DNA of 64,000 nucleotides from Candidatus Latescibacterota bacterium (GTDB lineage Bacteria; Latescibacterota; UBA2968; UBA8231). The position numbers and the translations under genes were made by a program. The stretch is taken from contig OZ244561.1 in the NCBI GenBank assembly GCA_965217585.1, forward strand, positions 4,352,001-4,416,000, read 5' to 3'. This document shows positions 21,709-31,153 of this stretch, in pieces (position 1 is the first letter of the stretch; each line of letters opens with the position of its first letter). The notes under the pieces were generated by a model. That model saw only the letters and a program-made list of their open reading frames with translations. It was not told the origin of the DNA and made no database searches.

Positions 21709-21729
21709 CGGTTTTCATGCAACAAAGCC
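21709..21729 (+). promoter_or_regulatory. Conserved upstream motif shared by the two CTD-protein paralogs
   Basis: CGGTTTTCATGCAACAAAGCC is identical to the minus-strand copy at 27942-27962. Confidence 0.6.
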
Positions 21730-21819
21730 CCAGAAAGGAGATGAAGGGGAATAGGCAATTGAGATAGGGCAATACTCACCTCAAATAGTAAACTATCCTA
21801 TAATTAAGGAGAATTACGC

Positions 21820-23751
21820 ATGGTAGTGCTCAGATCTATAGGAATTACTTCAGCGCTATTGCTCACCCTTTCGGGGATCTCCGGTGCCGAATGGCTGCTG
21901 ATAGGAGATCCAGACATAGGACTTGCTGACATGACCAGCGGCGGCAAGCCCACAACATTGACGATCCGGGAATTTTCAGATATCTCGGATTATGCCTTTG
22001 ACGGCTCGGATCTGGAGATTCCCTTCACGCTTGAGGGCACTGGAGCCACGGTGTATCTGGTTATCTACACCGTTGATCAGCACCCCCCGCTGACCATAGA
22101 GGGCGAAGGGCCCGCACCGTATAATGATCCCGAGCACGCGGCGGCCGGCTGGCATGTGTTTGAGGATGTCGATTGGCTGGTCTACAAGTCCGACGGTGTG
22201 CGCTTAGAAGAGGGTGCCAATACCATCGTCTGGAACGGCCGCGACCTGAACGGCGATATCGTACCTGCGGGCAGCTACGATCTCTTCTTGGCCGCCTTTG
22301 ACGACGAGGCGACCCCGCATATAGTCGGAACGGTTCGTCCCAACTTTGGCGGAGTTCACCAGCTAATCGTCGATACGGATCGGGGGCTTATGTTTGGCCC
22401 TTCCGAATACGTCCACAATATGGAGAACGACTGGATTGAGAACCTGCTGGGCAGAGACGAAGTCAATCGGCAGGAGGTGGAAGCCGCGTGCGGTGATAAT
22501 TGTTCCAGCAGAATCCACAATGGAACCCCGTTGAACGCCGATTACACCGAGTGGATCGGCAATATAAACGGCGGCGGCGGTTGGCTCGTGCGCTACAATT
22601 TTGATTGGGATGCACTCCAGGTCATCCCCCAGAGCGATTGGGCTTTGGACGCAGGTGCCGTAGATGGAATCCTCAGTTGCGGCGACGCGCTTCCCGGTCG
22701 CCAGTACGCCTCCATCACCAATCCGGAAAAAACAATCGTCTGGGCTGGCGGTGGGGTATCCGGCACCGTGGCCAAACTCACCGGCTGGGATGTGGAAACC
22801 GGCGAATTGGTCTCGGGCAAGGACTGGGATTTGTCGGAAATCTTCCTCTACGACAACAATGGCAGCGATCGGGTCGGAGGCGTGGGCTGGATCTCCAGGA
22901 TGTCCAACGGCGAGCCCGATCCCTTCGGCATTACCACAACGGGGCACCACACGTCGGTCATCTTGCGTCTGGATTATGACGGCAACGTAAAATACATAAA
23001 CCGCAATGGAGATGGCTTTGGCGACATGGAGGCGTTCAGCGATGGTGCCTTTGGTGGCGGTCTGATCTACGGCCATACCGAGGCCCCGTCCTTCAAGTAT
23101 TCGATCTACTCGACCAAGTGGGGCTGGACCGTGTATCCCGCAGGTGGGGCAGATGTCGTCAATTACGGGTACGTGCTAGGGGAAGATGGCTCGGGCCTAT
23201 TCAAACTCCAGCCCAAGGCCATCCCGGCGACCTTTCCGGATCATCTAATGATAGTTGACGAGGGCGAGAGCGATTGGGACGGCGTCTATCTCAACATAGG
23301 TGCGGGCGAAGGGGGAGCAGCGACCAATGACTGGATAAGTCAGTTGGGAGATGATCCAGATCCGGTGGTACCTCTCCTCTTTCCCATCGTGCACATGCCG
23401 TACGACCAGAAGCGGGTGAGCTTGGGTTCGGACGCCACGGCGATCACGGAACTGCAGGACAGGAATACGCCGGATAAGTACGAGCTGGGCAATGCCTATC
23501 CCAACCCCTTTAATCCGGAGACCACCATCCGCTTTTCTCTGCCCTGGAGCGTCGACGTCAAGGTCGATGTCTTCAACGATCAGGGCCAACTGGTCCGCAG
23601 TCTGGTTGACGAAACCATGAATGCTGGGCAGTTCGAGGTGACCTGGGACGGCAAGAATGACGCCGGCCAACAGGTTGCTAGCGGCGTGTACATCTACAAG
23701 ATCAATGCGCCGAACCTGAGCATGAGCAAGAAGGTGACTTTCCTCAAGTAG
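21820..23751 (+). CDS. Secreted protein with internal FlgD-Ig-like domain and C-terminal FlgD/T9SS-type-A-like sorting domain
   Basis: Signal peptide; IVWNGRD..G..V.AG.Y; C-terminal LGNAYPNPFNPETTIRFSL...VTWDG...VASGVYIYKI...KKVTFLK. Confidence 0.85.
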   Translation: MVVLRSIGITSALLLTLSGISGAEWLLIGDPDIGLADMTSGGKPTTLTIREFSDISDYAFDGSDLEIPFTLEGTGATVYLVIYTVDQHPPLTIEGEGPAPYNDPEHAAAGWHVFEDVDWLVYKSDGVRLEEGANTIVWNGRDLNGDIVPAGSYDLFLAAFDDEATPHIVGTVRPNFGGVHQLIVDTDRGLMFGPSEYVHNMENDWIENLLGRDEVNRQEVEAACGDNCSSRIHNGTPLNADYTEWIGNINGGGGWLVRYNFDWDALQVIPQSDWALDAGAVDGILSCGDALPGRQYASITNPEKTIVWAGGGVSGTVAKLTGWDVETGELVSGKDWDLSEIFLYDNNGSDRVGGVGWISRMSNGEPDPFGITTTGHHTSVILRLDYDGNVKYINRNGDGFGDMEAFSDGAFGGGLIYGHTEAPSFKYSIYSTKWGWTVYPAGGADVVNYGYVLGEDGSGLFKLQPKAIPATFPDHLMIVDEGESDWDGVYLNIGAGEGGAATNDWISQLGDDPDPVVPLLFPIVHMPYDQKRVSLGSDATAITELQDRNTPDKYELGNAYPNPFNPETTIRFSLPWSVDVKVDVFNDQGQLVRSLVDETMNAGQFEVTWDGKNDAGQQVASGVYIYKINAPNLSMSKKVTFLK

Positions 23752-23807
23752 ACGATGTGGTAGGGACCACGAGACAGAGAAGTTAGATTAGGTGTTGTGA
23801 AGTGCGT

Positions 23808-23848
23808 AGAGAAACAGAGGATTTTATCGTCCTCTGTTTCTCTTTTTT
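23808..23848 (+). terminator. Rho-independent terminator
   Basis: AGAGAAACAGAGGA-loop-TCCTCTGTTTCTCT followed by a T-run, downstream of 21820..23751. Confidence 0.85.
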
Positions 23849-23849
23849 A

Positions 23850-23927
23850 GAAGCCGTCTGAAAATTCTTGGTGAGCCCAAAGCGCGAGCGAGCCGCGCGA
23901 CGGCCGCTAGGGGGTTCAGACGGCTTC
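23850..23927. mobile_element. 78-bp MITE-like element with 13-bp terminal IRs and TTA target duplication
   Basis: TTA-GAAGCCGTCTGAA...TTCAGACGGCTTC-TTA. Confidence 0.7.
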
Positions 23928-23953
23928 TTAGGCTGTACAACCGGGTTGGTAGC

Positions 23954-25891
23954 ATGTCTAATGCTCAACATGAGGAAGCGACCGTTCGCTCCTTCCTGAT
24001 CGGGACCCTGGTCAGTCTATTGATCGGCTTGGGTATAGCCTATGCGGATAACGCCATTCGGGGGAGTTACATGGCGTTCGACTTCGGCTCCCCGGTGGCG
24101 GTGTTTTTTTTGTTCGTGATTGTCGCCTTGCTCAATCCCTTGGCGGGATGGATCCGCCGCGCCTGGTTCCTCTCAGAGGCCGAGATCACCCTTGTCTTTA
24201 TTATGGCGCTGGTGGCGGCTTCGATCCCGGCGATGGGACTGACCGGCTTTTTCCTTCCCTATCTGAGCGGCGCCCAGTATTATGCCAGTCCGGAGAATGG
24301 CTGGGCGGAGCTGTTTATGCACTACACCCCGGACTGGTTGATCGTGCAGGATCAGCAGGCCATCAAGAACTTCTACGAGGGCAATCCGCAGGGGGCGAGT
24401 GACATCCCCTGGAAGGCTTGGCTACCGTCTTTACTGGCGTGGCTGCCCTTTCTGCTGGCGCTCTACCTAGTCATGATCGCTTCTATGGTAATCCTGCGCC
24501 GCCAGTGGATGACGCACGAGCGCTTGCTCTACCCGCTGATGCAGCCCTCCCTGGCCCTGATCGCGCAAGAAAAGGGGCGCTTGCTGCCGCCTCTCTTGCG
24601 CTCGGCTTTATTCTGGTTTGGAGTGGGCATTCCCTTCACTATTGGCAGTGTCACGGCCCTGCACGCCTATTATCCTGTCTTTCCGAAGATCGAACTCTAT
24701 ACGCTCCTGCCAATTTTCCGCGGCACTACTCTACTTCGACCCGGCTTCTACTTTACAACCATCGGTTTTACTTATTTTCTGAGTCGGGACATCTCCCTCG
24801 GGATCTGGCTTTTTAACCTGCTGGCCAAGCTTCAGGAAGGGTCGTTCAACCTTCTGGGGGTTTCCAGCACCGAATATATGGAGTGGGTTACGGTGCCTAT
24901 CCTGGCGCATCAGAATATCGGGGCCATGATTGTTTTCGTGCTCTTCGGTCTATGGATGGGCCGCTCCCATCTGAGGGCAGTGGTGCGCAAGGCGTTCAGG
25001 GGTGACGCGTCGGTGCAAGATGCGGACGAGATGATGTCGTACCGGACCGCGGTCTTCTTGGTCCTGGGTGGCAGCGGGTTTATGATGTGGTGGCTGTGGA
25101 TGTCGGGTCTAGCGCTGTGGGCGACCGGCATGGTTCTGTTCATAGCGTTTGTGCTCTTTCTGGGACTGACCCGGATGGTGACGGAAGGGGGGTTCTTCAC
25201 CACGCGGGCACCCATGAACCCGGGGAATTTCATGGTGTCCGGATTCGGGACCGAGACGCTGGGGGCGAGCGGGGTGACGGCCTTGGGGTACACCTTTGTC
25301 TGGGCGGGAGAGCTGCGCGTCTTCGTCATGGCCGCCTGTGCTAATGCGCTCATGATGGCGGAGAAGATCCGCGGCCGACGGAAGATATTGCTGTGGGCTA
25401 TGCTGGTCGCGATTCTGGTCAGTGCGCTAGGTTCTATCTGGGTTGAGATGGCACTGGGGTATCGCTATGGGGGCGTCAACCTGAGCGGGTTTTTCACGGG
25501 ACTGGTGCACTATCCATTCAGATTCATCGCGCGCAACTTGGCAAACCCCACAGGCCCTCATTGGGGCGGGTGGTTGTGGACGGCGTACGGCGGCGTCTTG
25601 ATGGGGGGGCTGATGCTGGCCCGGCAACGCTTGTCGTGGTGGCCCATCCACCCGATGAGTCTGCCGATCAGTTCAATGTGGATGACGGACTCCATTATGC
25701 TGAGCGTCTTTCTATCCTGGTTGATCAAAGGAGTTATCTTGAAGTACGGGGGACGGCGACTCTACGACCGAGGCAAGCCATTTTTCATCGGCCTGGTCAT
25801 TGGCCAGTTTGCCTGCATGGGGTGCTGGCTGATTATAGATTATTTTACCGGTATGACAGGTAATGTGGTGTACCGGTTGAGTGGAGATTGA
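23954..25891 (+). CDS. DUF6785/DUF6784-type polytopic membrane protein (paralog 2)
   Basis: YYASPENGW, QW..HERL.YPL, WWPIHP and PFFIGL motifs; collinear with 12780..14741. Confidence 0.8.
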   Translation: MSNAQHEEATVRSFLIGTLVSLLIGLGIAYADNAIRGSYMAFDFGSPVAVFFLFVIVALLNPLAGWIRRAWFLSEAEITLVFIMALVAASIPAMGLTGFFLPYLSGAQYYASPENGWAELFMHYTPDWLIVQDQQAIKNFYEGNPQGASDIPWKAWLPSLLAWLPFLLALYLVMIASMVILRRQWMTHERLLYPLMQPSLALIAQEKGRLLPPLLRSALFWFGVGIPFTIGSVTALHAYYPVFPKIELYTLLPIFRGTTLLRPGFYFTTIGFTYFLSRDISLGIWLFNLLAKLQEGSFNLLGVSSTEYMEWVTVPILAHQNIGAMIVFVLFGLWMGRSHLRAVVRKAFRGDASVQDADEMMSYRTAVFLVLGGSGFMMWWLWMSGLALWATGMVLFIAFVLFLGLTRMVTEGGFFTTRAPMNPGNFMVSGFGTETLGASGVTALGYTFVWAGELRVFVMAACANALMMAEKIRGRRKILLWAMLVAILVSALGSIWVEMALGYRYGGVNLSGFFTGLVHYPFRFIARNLANPTGPHWGGWLWTAYGGVLMGGLMLARQRLSWWPIHPMSLPISSMWMTDSIMLSVFLSWLIKGVILKYGGRRLYDRGKPFFIGLVIGQFACMGCWLIIDYFTGMTGNVVYRLSGD

Positions 25892-25928
25892 CTCATGACA
25901 AATATCGGCGACAATCACCTCTTTGAGC

Positions 25929-25962
25929 AAAAAAAGCGCCGCCGGCAAAACCGGCGGCGCTT
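25929..25962 (-). terminator. Rho-independent terminator
   Basis: Minus strand AAGCGCCGCCGG-TTTTG-CCGGCGGCGC-TTTTTTT, just after the stop of 25999..27909. Confidence 0.9.
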
Positions 25963-25998
25963 GGTGCAGGCCCATCTAGGCGATTGGCAGCGAGAACC

Positions 25999-27909
25999 TC
26001 ATTTGAGGAAAGTCACCTTCTTGCTCAAACTCAGGTTCGGCGCATTGATCTTGTAGATGTACACTCCGCTGGCGACCTGATGGCCCGCGTCGTCCGTGCC
26101 GTCCCAGGTCACCTCGAACTGCCCCGCATTCAACGTCTCGTTAACCAGTGTGCGGACGAGCTGACCCTGGTCGTTGAAGACGTCGATCTTGACGTCAACG
26201 TTCCAAGGCAGGGAAAAGCGAATGGTCGTCTCCGGGTTGAACGGGTTGGGATAGGCATTGCCCAACTCGTAGACGTCCGGCGTGTTCCCTTCCTGCTCGG
26301 TAATCGCCGTCATCATCGCACCTAGGTTGACCCTCTTCTGGTCATAGGGCCAATACGCGATGGGATAGGTATTGGGGAAAGGCGTATCAGCGGGTAACCA
26401 GTCGTTGGTGGCGGCTTCGTCCTGAATGCCGCCCACGGCTAAATACACGCCGTCCCAGTTGGTGTCGTCGTTGACGATGATGGTAAACTGCGGCCAAGTC
26501 AGAGGAGCTTGCTTGGGTTGGAAATTGAACAGACCCGAGCCGTCCTGGCCCAGGACGTATCCAAAGTTGACATTGTCGAGACCGTTGGCCGGCAGCGAGA
26601 CCCAGCCCCAGTCGGTGACGTAGATCGAGTACTTGAAGTTGGGTGCCTCGGTGTGGCCGTAGATCAAGTCGGCAAAGCCGGCCTCCGCGCTCCAGGGCTT
26701 CTGGTCGCCAAAGCCGTCGCCGTTGCGATTGACCCACTTCAAGTTGCCGTCCCAGTCGTGGCGCGTTACCAACGAGGTGTGGTGGCTAGTGGCAGCAATG
26801 CCAAAGGGATCGGGCTCGCCGTTGTACTGCTTGGCCACCCAACCGGGGCCGCTGCTGCGGTCGCTGCCCTTGTTGTCGTAGAGCCACAGATCCGACTGAT
26901 CCCAGTCGAAGAGCTTTTCGCCGGTCTCGACCGACCAGCCGACCATGGAACTCTGGGTGCCGGAGACCCCGCCGGTAGTCAGCAGGATGGTCTTGTCCGG
27001 ATTGAGGTATGAGCCGTAGGCACGGCCGGGCATGCCGTTCTCGATGACGCCGTTCTCGGCACCGGCGTCCAAGCCCCACTCCTCGTCGGCGATGAGTTGG
27101 TTGGAATCCCAGTCGATGGAACCGCGCAGCATAAAACCCGTCCCAGACTGGATATTACCGATCCAGTCATTGCCGCTGAGCAGGTTGATGGTCCGAAAGG
27201 CATCGCCGCTGCAGCGCTCGCCGCAGGCATCGCTCAGGGAGGAAACATCAAGGGCGTCGAGCGACTCCGTCTGGGCAGCCCAGTCGTGCTCGATCCAGTC
27301 GTCGGTCATGGTCGCCTTGTACAGGGCGCCGTACAGCAGGTCGCGGCTCGGGTCGATGGCGACAAAGCGATATGAACCCGTGGTCCGCTTCACCGGACCG
27401 ACGAGATGGGGCGTGGCCTCGTCGTCGTACGCGGCTAGGTGCAGGTGGTACGCGCCGGCCTCCACGACATTGCCGTCCATGTCTCGGCCGTTCCACACGA
27501 TGGTGTTGTCGCCTTCTTCAACGCGCTGGCCCTCGGACTTGAAAACCAGGTAATCGACGCCTTCGTACACGTGCCAACCTGGATCGCCGCGCTCGGCGTC
27601 CTGGTACGGGGGTGGCCCTTCGCCCTCAATGGTCAGGGGCGGATTCTGGCCCGTGGTGTAGATGATGAGCCACACGGTGGCACCGGCACCCTCGAGGGTG
27701 AAATTGATCTCCAGATCCGAACCATCAAAGGCGTAGTCTTCGATGTCGCTTAGCCCTTCGATGGTGAGGATGGTGGGAGGTTCGCCGCCGCTGGTCATAT
27801 CGGCCAAGCCGACATCGGCGCTACCGGCGTGCAGAAAAGCGCTAGCCGACCCCACAGAGAGGAATAGAGCCATGACGGCCATTCCCAAAATGTGCAATAC
27901 TTTCATCAT
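25999..27909 (-). CDS. Secreted FlgD-Ig/CTD protein, paralog of 21820..23751
   Basis: Signal peptide; GLADMTSGG, DYAFDGSDLEI, YGHTEAP.FKYSIY and a near-identical C-terminal YPNPFNPETT...KKVTFLK. Confidence 0.85.
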   Translation of the reverse strand: MMKVLHILGMAVMALFLSVGSASAFLHAGSADVGLADMTSGGEPPTILTIEGLSDIEDYAFDGSDLEINFTLEGAGATVWLIIYTTGQNPPLTIEGEGPPPYQDAERGDPGWHVYEGVDYLVFKSEGQRVEEGDNTIVWNGRDMDGNVVEAGAYHLHLAAYDDEATPHLVGPVKRTTGSYRFVAIDPSRDLLYGALYKATMTDDWIEHDWAAQTESLDALDVSSLSDACGERCSGDAFRTINLLSGNDWIGNIQSGTGFMLRGSIDWDSNQLIADEEWGLDAGAENGVIENGMPGRAYGSYLNPDKTILLTTGGVSGTQSSMVGWSVETGEKLFDWDQSDLWLYDNKGSDRSSGPGWVAKQYNGEPDPFGIAATSHHTSLVTRHDWDGNLKWVNRNGDGFGDQKPWSAEAGFADLIYGHTEAPNFKYSIYVTDWGWVSLPANGLDNVNFGYVLGQDGSGLFNFQPKQAPLTWPQFTIIVNDDTNWDGVYLAVGGIQDEAATNDWLPADTPFPNTYPIAYWPYDQKRVNLGAMMTAITEQEGNTPDVYELGNAYPNPFNPETTIRFSLPWNVDVKIDVFNDQGQLVRTLVNETLNAGQFEVTWDGTDDAGHQVASGVYIYKINAPNLSLSKKVTFLK

Positions 27910-27941
27910 ACTTCCTCGCTTTTTAAGTTTTAGTTGTGCAT

Positions 27942-27962
27942 GGCTTTGTTGCATGAAAACCG
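27942..27962 (-). promoter_or_regulatory. Conserved upstream motif, copy 2
   Basis: 21/21 identity to 21709-21729, in the same orientation relative to the paralogous gene. Confidence 0.6.
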
Positions 27963-28019
27963 GCCGGGGCCTGTTGGCCCTAGCCCTCGATGATTTAAGC
28001 GTCGTTGTCTACCTGGGCG

Positions 28020-28080
28020 GCCCCCGCGCCGACTCCTCGGTCTGAATCACCAACTCCTGTTGCACACCATGTACCTCCTC
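28020..28080 (-). pseudogene. Remnant of an exbB-like paralog
   Basis: SD GAGGAGGT plus ATG (28070), followed in a different frame by sequence encoding QELVIQTEESAR versus ExbB EELVIQTEGAAR; 20/21 nt identical to 8991-9011. Confidence 0.55.
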
Positions 28081-28121
28081 TACGCTGTCCCTAAGCGCCC
28101 CCTGGGCGTAGCCCATCGGGC

Positions 28122-28895
28122 CTATCCCTGGGGCGCGGCGGTCACCTGTTGCACTGCGTTCCTTTCGATTTGTTGCTCGAATTCGAGGACGATGTCCACT
28201 GTTTCTATGGGCTGTTCGGAAGCGTCGAATTTCAGGACGAAATCCTTGAGCACCAAGCGCACCTGCCGCACTTCCTCGTCGAGCGGTTCAAAGGCCAGCA
28301 AACCAGTGTAGTTTTCTCCCTTGAACACTTTCTGGTCCTCTATATAAGCGGTGCTGCGCACATTGCCCATGCGCAGGTCGAAACGGTAGAATTCGTTGCC
28401 GCTCTGGCCCCGGATGGCCCGGTAGTAGCGCTCGAAACTATTGTGCGGCGAGAAAGACGGCAGGCCAAAGGAATGTAGCACCTCGCCCCGATCAGTGTAG
28501 AGCAGGGCCTCGATGGGGTCCAGCATGACCTTGGCGTACACATCGTTGGTGACGCTGATGCGGAATACAGTGAAGCGCTTGGGCGTATGGCCCACGAGCG
28601 GGTCGATCCAGTCCCCGTACGTATAGGGGTTGGTGGAGAAGAAACCCCGGTGCGAGTCCTCGGGGAATATAGCGTTCAATTCCGCGTCTGTCATGGACTC
28701 GACTTTGACGCGCAAGCCTTCGATGGCGTAGGTGACGGATCCCTCCACCTCCACCTCCACCACATAGTCTTTCGGGCTGGCCTGCTGGGCACTGGGGACC
28801 AAGTCGTTGCTGTACAGGATATTGGGCGGCGTGAAGAAACTGCACCCGCTGAAAACCAGCAGTAAGGCGGCAAAACGCATGATCGCGTACCTCAT
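28122..28895 (-). CDS. Putative lipoprotein of unknown function
   Basis: Lipobox-like LLVFSGC; overlaps the upstream gene (ATGA). Confidence 0.75.
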   Translation of the reverse strand: MRYAIMRFAALLLVFSGCSFFTPPNILYSNDLVPSAQQASPKDYVVEVEVEGSVTYAIEGLRVKVESMTDAELNAIFPEDSHRGFFSTNPYTYGDWIDPLVGHTPKRFTVFRISVTNDVYAKVMLDPIEALLYTDRGEVLHSFGLPSFSPHNSFERYYRAIRGQSGNEFYRFDLRMGNVRSTAYIEDQKVFKGENYTGLLAFEPLDEEVRQVRLVLKDFVLKFDASEQPIETVDIVLEFEQQIERNAVQQVTAAPQG

Positions 28896-30127
28896 TGGCT
28901 ACTGACCTGACGGTAAAAGTCGATTTGCTGCTGGGCGATGGATCCCTCTTGGGTGAGGGCGAAAATAACGGCATTGATGCCAAAGCGCAATTGCGGCTCG
29001 TTGCCGTACAACTGAGCCCAGTTGTGCACGTATCCCTTGTCCGAATAAATTCCCACCAAGCGGTTGTCCAAGAAAATCCCCTCGAGGTTGTACACCGACT
29101 CGGCAATAGTCTGGAAATTCTGGCCTCGCTGATCGGCAAAGGAGCCGACCTGCAATTCCGAACCGACGGGCGGACCGTCGAAATCGTAGAACGTGTGGTA
29201 AATGGGATGCGTATTGTGAATGGGCCGCAGGGTCCCCTGGGCACCCAAGGCATCGCGGAAAATCTGCCGCAGCGAGGCCTCGGCTTGGCTGAACTCGAGC
29301 GTGGGGGTGGCGTTGTCGACAAAAATAAAACCCCCGCTGCGCAGGTAAGCGCCCAAGTTGTGGATTTCGCGCTCGGTCAGTTCAAAAGCCTCGTTCGCGG
29401 TGATGTACACAAAAGGCGTGCGGAAGAGCTCCTGCGAATCGAGGAAGAGATGCTCGTCTACCTTGGCGGTGATGCCCGTCTGCTCATTGAGCGCATCGAC
29501 CAGATTGGGCATGGCTTTGGCGGCGCTGTCAAAGATCGGCTCCAGGTCCGTGGCCCAGGCCGTGCCCAGATAGACGAAGCCCATGACGTTCTTCTTGTCC
29601 GTCGGGTCCTGGATGATTAGGCCCTTGTACTTGCCGGTGTCCAGCGCATCAAGGTCGAGCAATTCTTCGCGCATGGCAATGCGCTTCTCCGGCTCCTTGG
29701 TACCCTTGACCCGGGCGGCCGACAGCTCGATGGGAGTGGTCTGCAAATCGATCTGCACGTCGGCTTCCACGGCGTATTCGAAAGTCTCAATGCGGCCGAA
29801 CACCGAGGCACCGGGCAGGCGGCGGGTCGTGGGCGTAGCCAGCCGGGGTTTCATGGTGGTCACCTGCTTGGTCATGGCCCGGGGGCGCAGGCGTTGGCGT
29901 TTGAGGGCAAAGGGCTTGGTCGATTTGGGCTTGCGGATGATGAGCCGGGTGACCGCCGGCTGAGGCGCGGCCCGCTCCTTGCCCACCACGATGAAATAGG
30001 CTATCCCCCCCGACGAGGACACTAGGGCGATGACCAATCCCCAGATGGTGGCGCGATAGGTCTTGAGCAGGCGACTCAAGCGCAGTCCGTCGCTCGGCAC
30101 CCTGAAACGACTTTGGTCTAGCGGCAT
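28892..30127 (-). CDS. Membrane-anchored DUF4159 domain protein
   Basis: N-terminal TM and a TonB-like basic/Pro linker; PFVYIT, NLGAYLRSGGFIFVDN, HPIYH.FYDF and GIN...FALT motifs. Confidence 0.85.
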   Translation of the reverse strand: MPLDQSRFRVPSDGLRLSRLLKTYRATIWGLVIALVSSSGGIAYFIVVGKERAAPQPAVTRLIIRKPKSTKPFALKRQRLRPRAMTKQVTTMKPRLATPTTRRLPGASVFGRIETFEYAVEADVQIDLQTTPIELSAARVKGTKEPEKRIAMREELLDLDALDTGKYKGLIIQDPTDKKNVMGFVYLGTAWATDLEPIFDSAAKAMPNLVDALNEQTGITAKVDEHLFLDSQELFRTPFVYITANEAFELTEREIHNLGAYLRSGGFIFVDNATPTLEFSQAEASLRQIFRDALGAQGTLRPIHNTHPIYHTFYDFDGPPVGSELQVGSFADQRGQNFQTIAESVYNLEGIFLDNRLVGIYSDKGYVHNWAQLYGNEPQLRFGINAVIFALTQEGSIAQQQIDFYRQVSSQ

Positions 30128-30144
30128 GGGATCCTATCCCTATT

Positions 30145-30528
30145 CTAGGGCACTTCTAAGATAAAGGGCTCGGATTGCGGCCCGAAAAAATCGCGGGCGT
30201 CGACCGCCCACACGCGAATCTGCCAAACGGTCCCCGCTTCGGTACTCAACGATCCATCGTCGGCAAAGGCGCGGGCTTCCGGATCTGCTACTGACTTAGT
30301 CTCCATGCCGCCGCTGGCGTCCGTGAAGCTGACGACGAAACCGGCGACATTCTCCGCGGTGGCCATCTGCCAGGACACGCTCACGGCCCCTCCCTCTACC
30401 CCCGCCTGCACATCGGTGGGTTGGGCGAGGAGACCTCGATGGTACTGGGAAGGCATCTCCGTGTCGTTGCTGCAGGCGACTAGGGCCACCAGCGCCGTTC
30501 CCGCAAAAAGGCGTATCGCTCTATACAT
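30145..30528 (-). CDS. Lipoprotein with fibronectin type III-like domain
   Basis: Lipobox LVAC; P.DVQA...VSVSW...GFVV...IRVWAVD...S pattern. Confidence 0.7.
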   Translation of the reverse strand: MYRAIRLFAGTALVALVACSNDTEMPSQYHRGLLAQPTDVQAGVEGGAVSVSWQMATAENVAGFVVSFTDASGGMETKSVADPEARAFADDGSLSTEAGTVWQIRVWAVDARDFFGPQSEPFILEVP

Positions 30529-30553
30529 GCCCGAACTCCTTACAAGGATGCGG

Positions 30554-31105
30554 TTAAAAACGGGCCACTAAGCCCATGCCCGGGGCGTTGCCAGCGGCCA
30601 TGGGCACCAGATTGACGGCTTTGCCCGCCACGGGCGCGCCGCCGTAGAACAGCACGTCCAGCACATTGTAGCTGTACGTCGCCAAGCTCAGGACGCCAAA
30701 GACGCGGCGCAACAGATGGGACCGGTCGAGATCGTCTTTCTTGCCCGCCAGTCGTTGCCAACTCTCCTCGGCCTGGGCAAAAGTGCCAGCATCCCGCAAC
30801 GCTTGGTAGCGCTCCTTTTCCAGTTCGAATTGCACTTCCTGGGTATTGAAGTCTTCGTGCGACGTCAACCAGATCACCAGACAGCCCATCTCGGCTACCA
30901 TCAGGGTCGTGCCCTTGGGCTTGTGGCCGGTGGCCAACTGGCCCAATCCGGGAAAGATCAGGGATAGACCAACAGCCTGCGGGCGCGAGACGCCGCTCTG
31001 GCGCTCCTCAAAGCGCTTTGCCGGCGCCTCCTGGGCCCAGAGCCCTTGGCTGGCGAGAAGCAACACGGCGCTGCCCAAAATGGCCGTCAGGGGTCGTATC
31101 AACAT
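30554..31105 (-). CDS. Exported/membrane protein (DUF5683-like SL..PGLGQ motif)
   Basis: Signal peptide, LSLIFPGLGQL..G, Y.YN.LD and a C-terminal Phe. Confidence 0.65.
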   Translation of the reverse strand: MLIRPLTAILGSAVLLLASQGLWAQEAPAKRFEERQSGVSRPQAVGLSLIFPGLGQLATGHKPKGTTLMVAEMGCLVIWLTSHEDFNTQEVQFELEKERYQALRDAGTFAQAEESWQRLAGKKDDLDRSHLLRRVFGVLSLATYSYNVLDVLFYGGAPVAGKAVNLVPMAAGNAPGMGLVARF

Positions 31106-31153
31106 AGCCAAATCCTCATTTGTCGTCTCTACCTCCGGCGGTGCAAAACAAAT

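Noticed and set aside
23853-23862. GCCGTCTGAA matches the Neisseria DNA uptake sequence
   Set aside because: Seen only as this one IR pair with a target duplication; better explained as MITE ends.
23450-26290. Near-identical 3' ends of the two secreted paralogs as DGR template/variable repeats or an invertible region
   Set aside because: No reverse transcriptase or invertase is nearby; the similarity is explained by conservation of the sorting domain.
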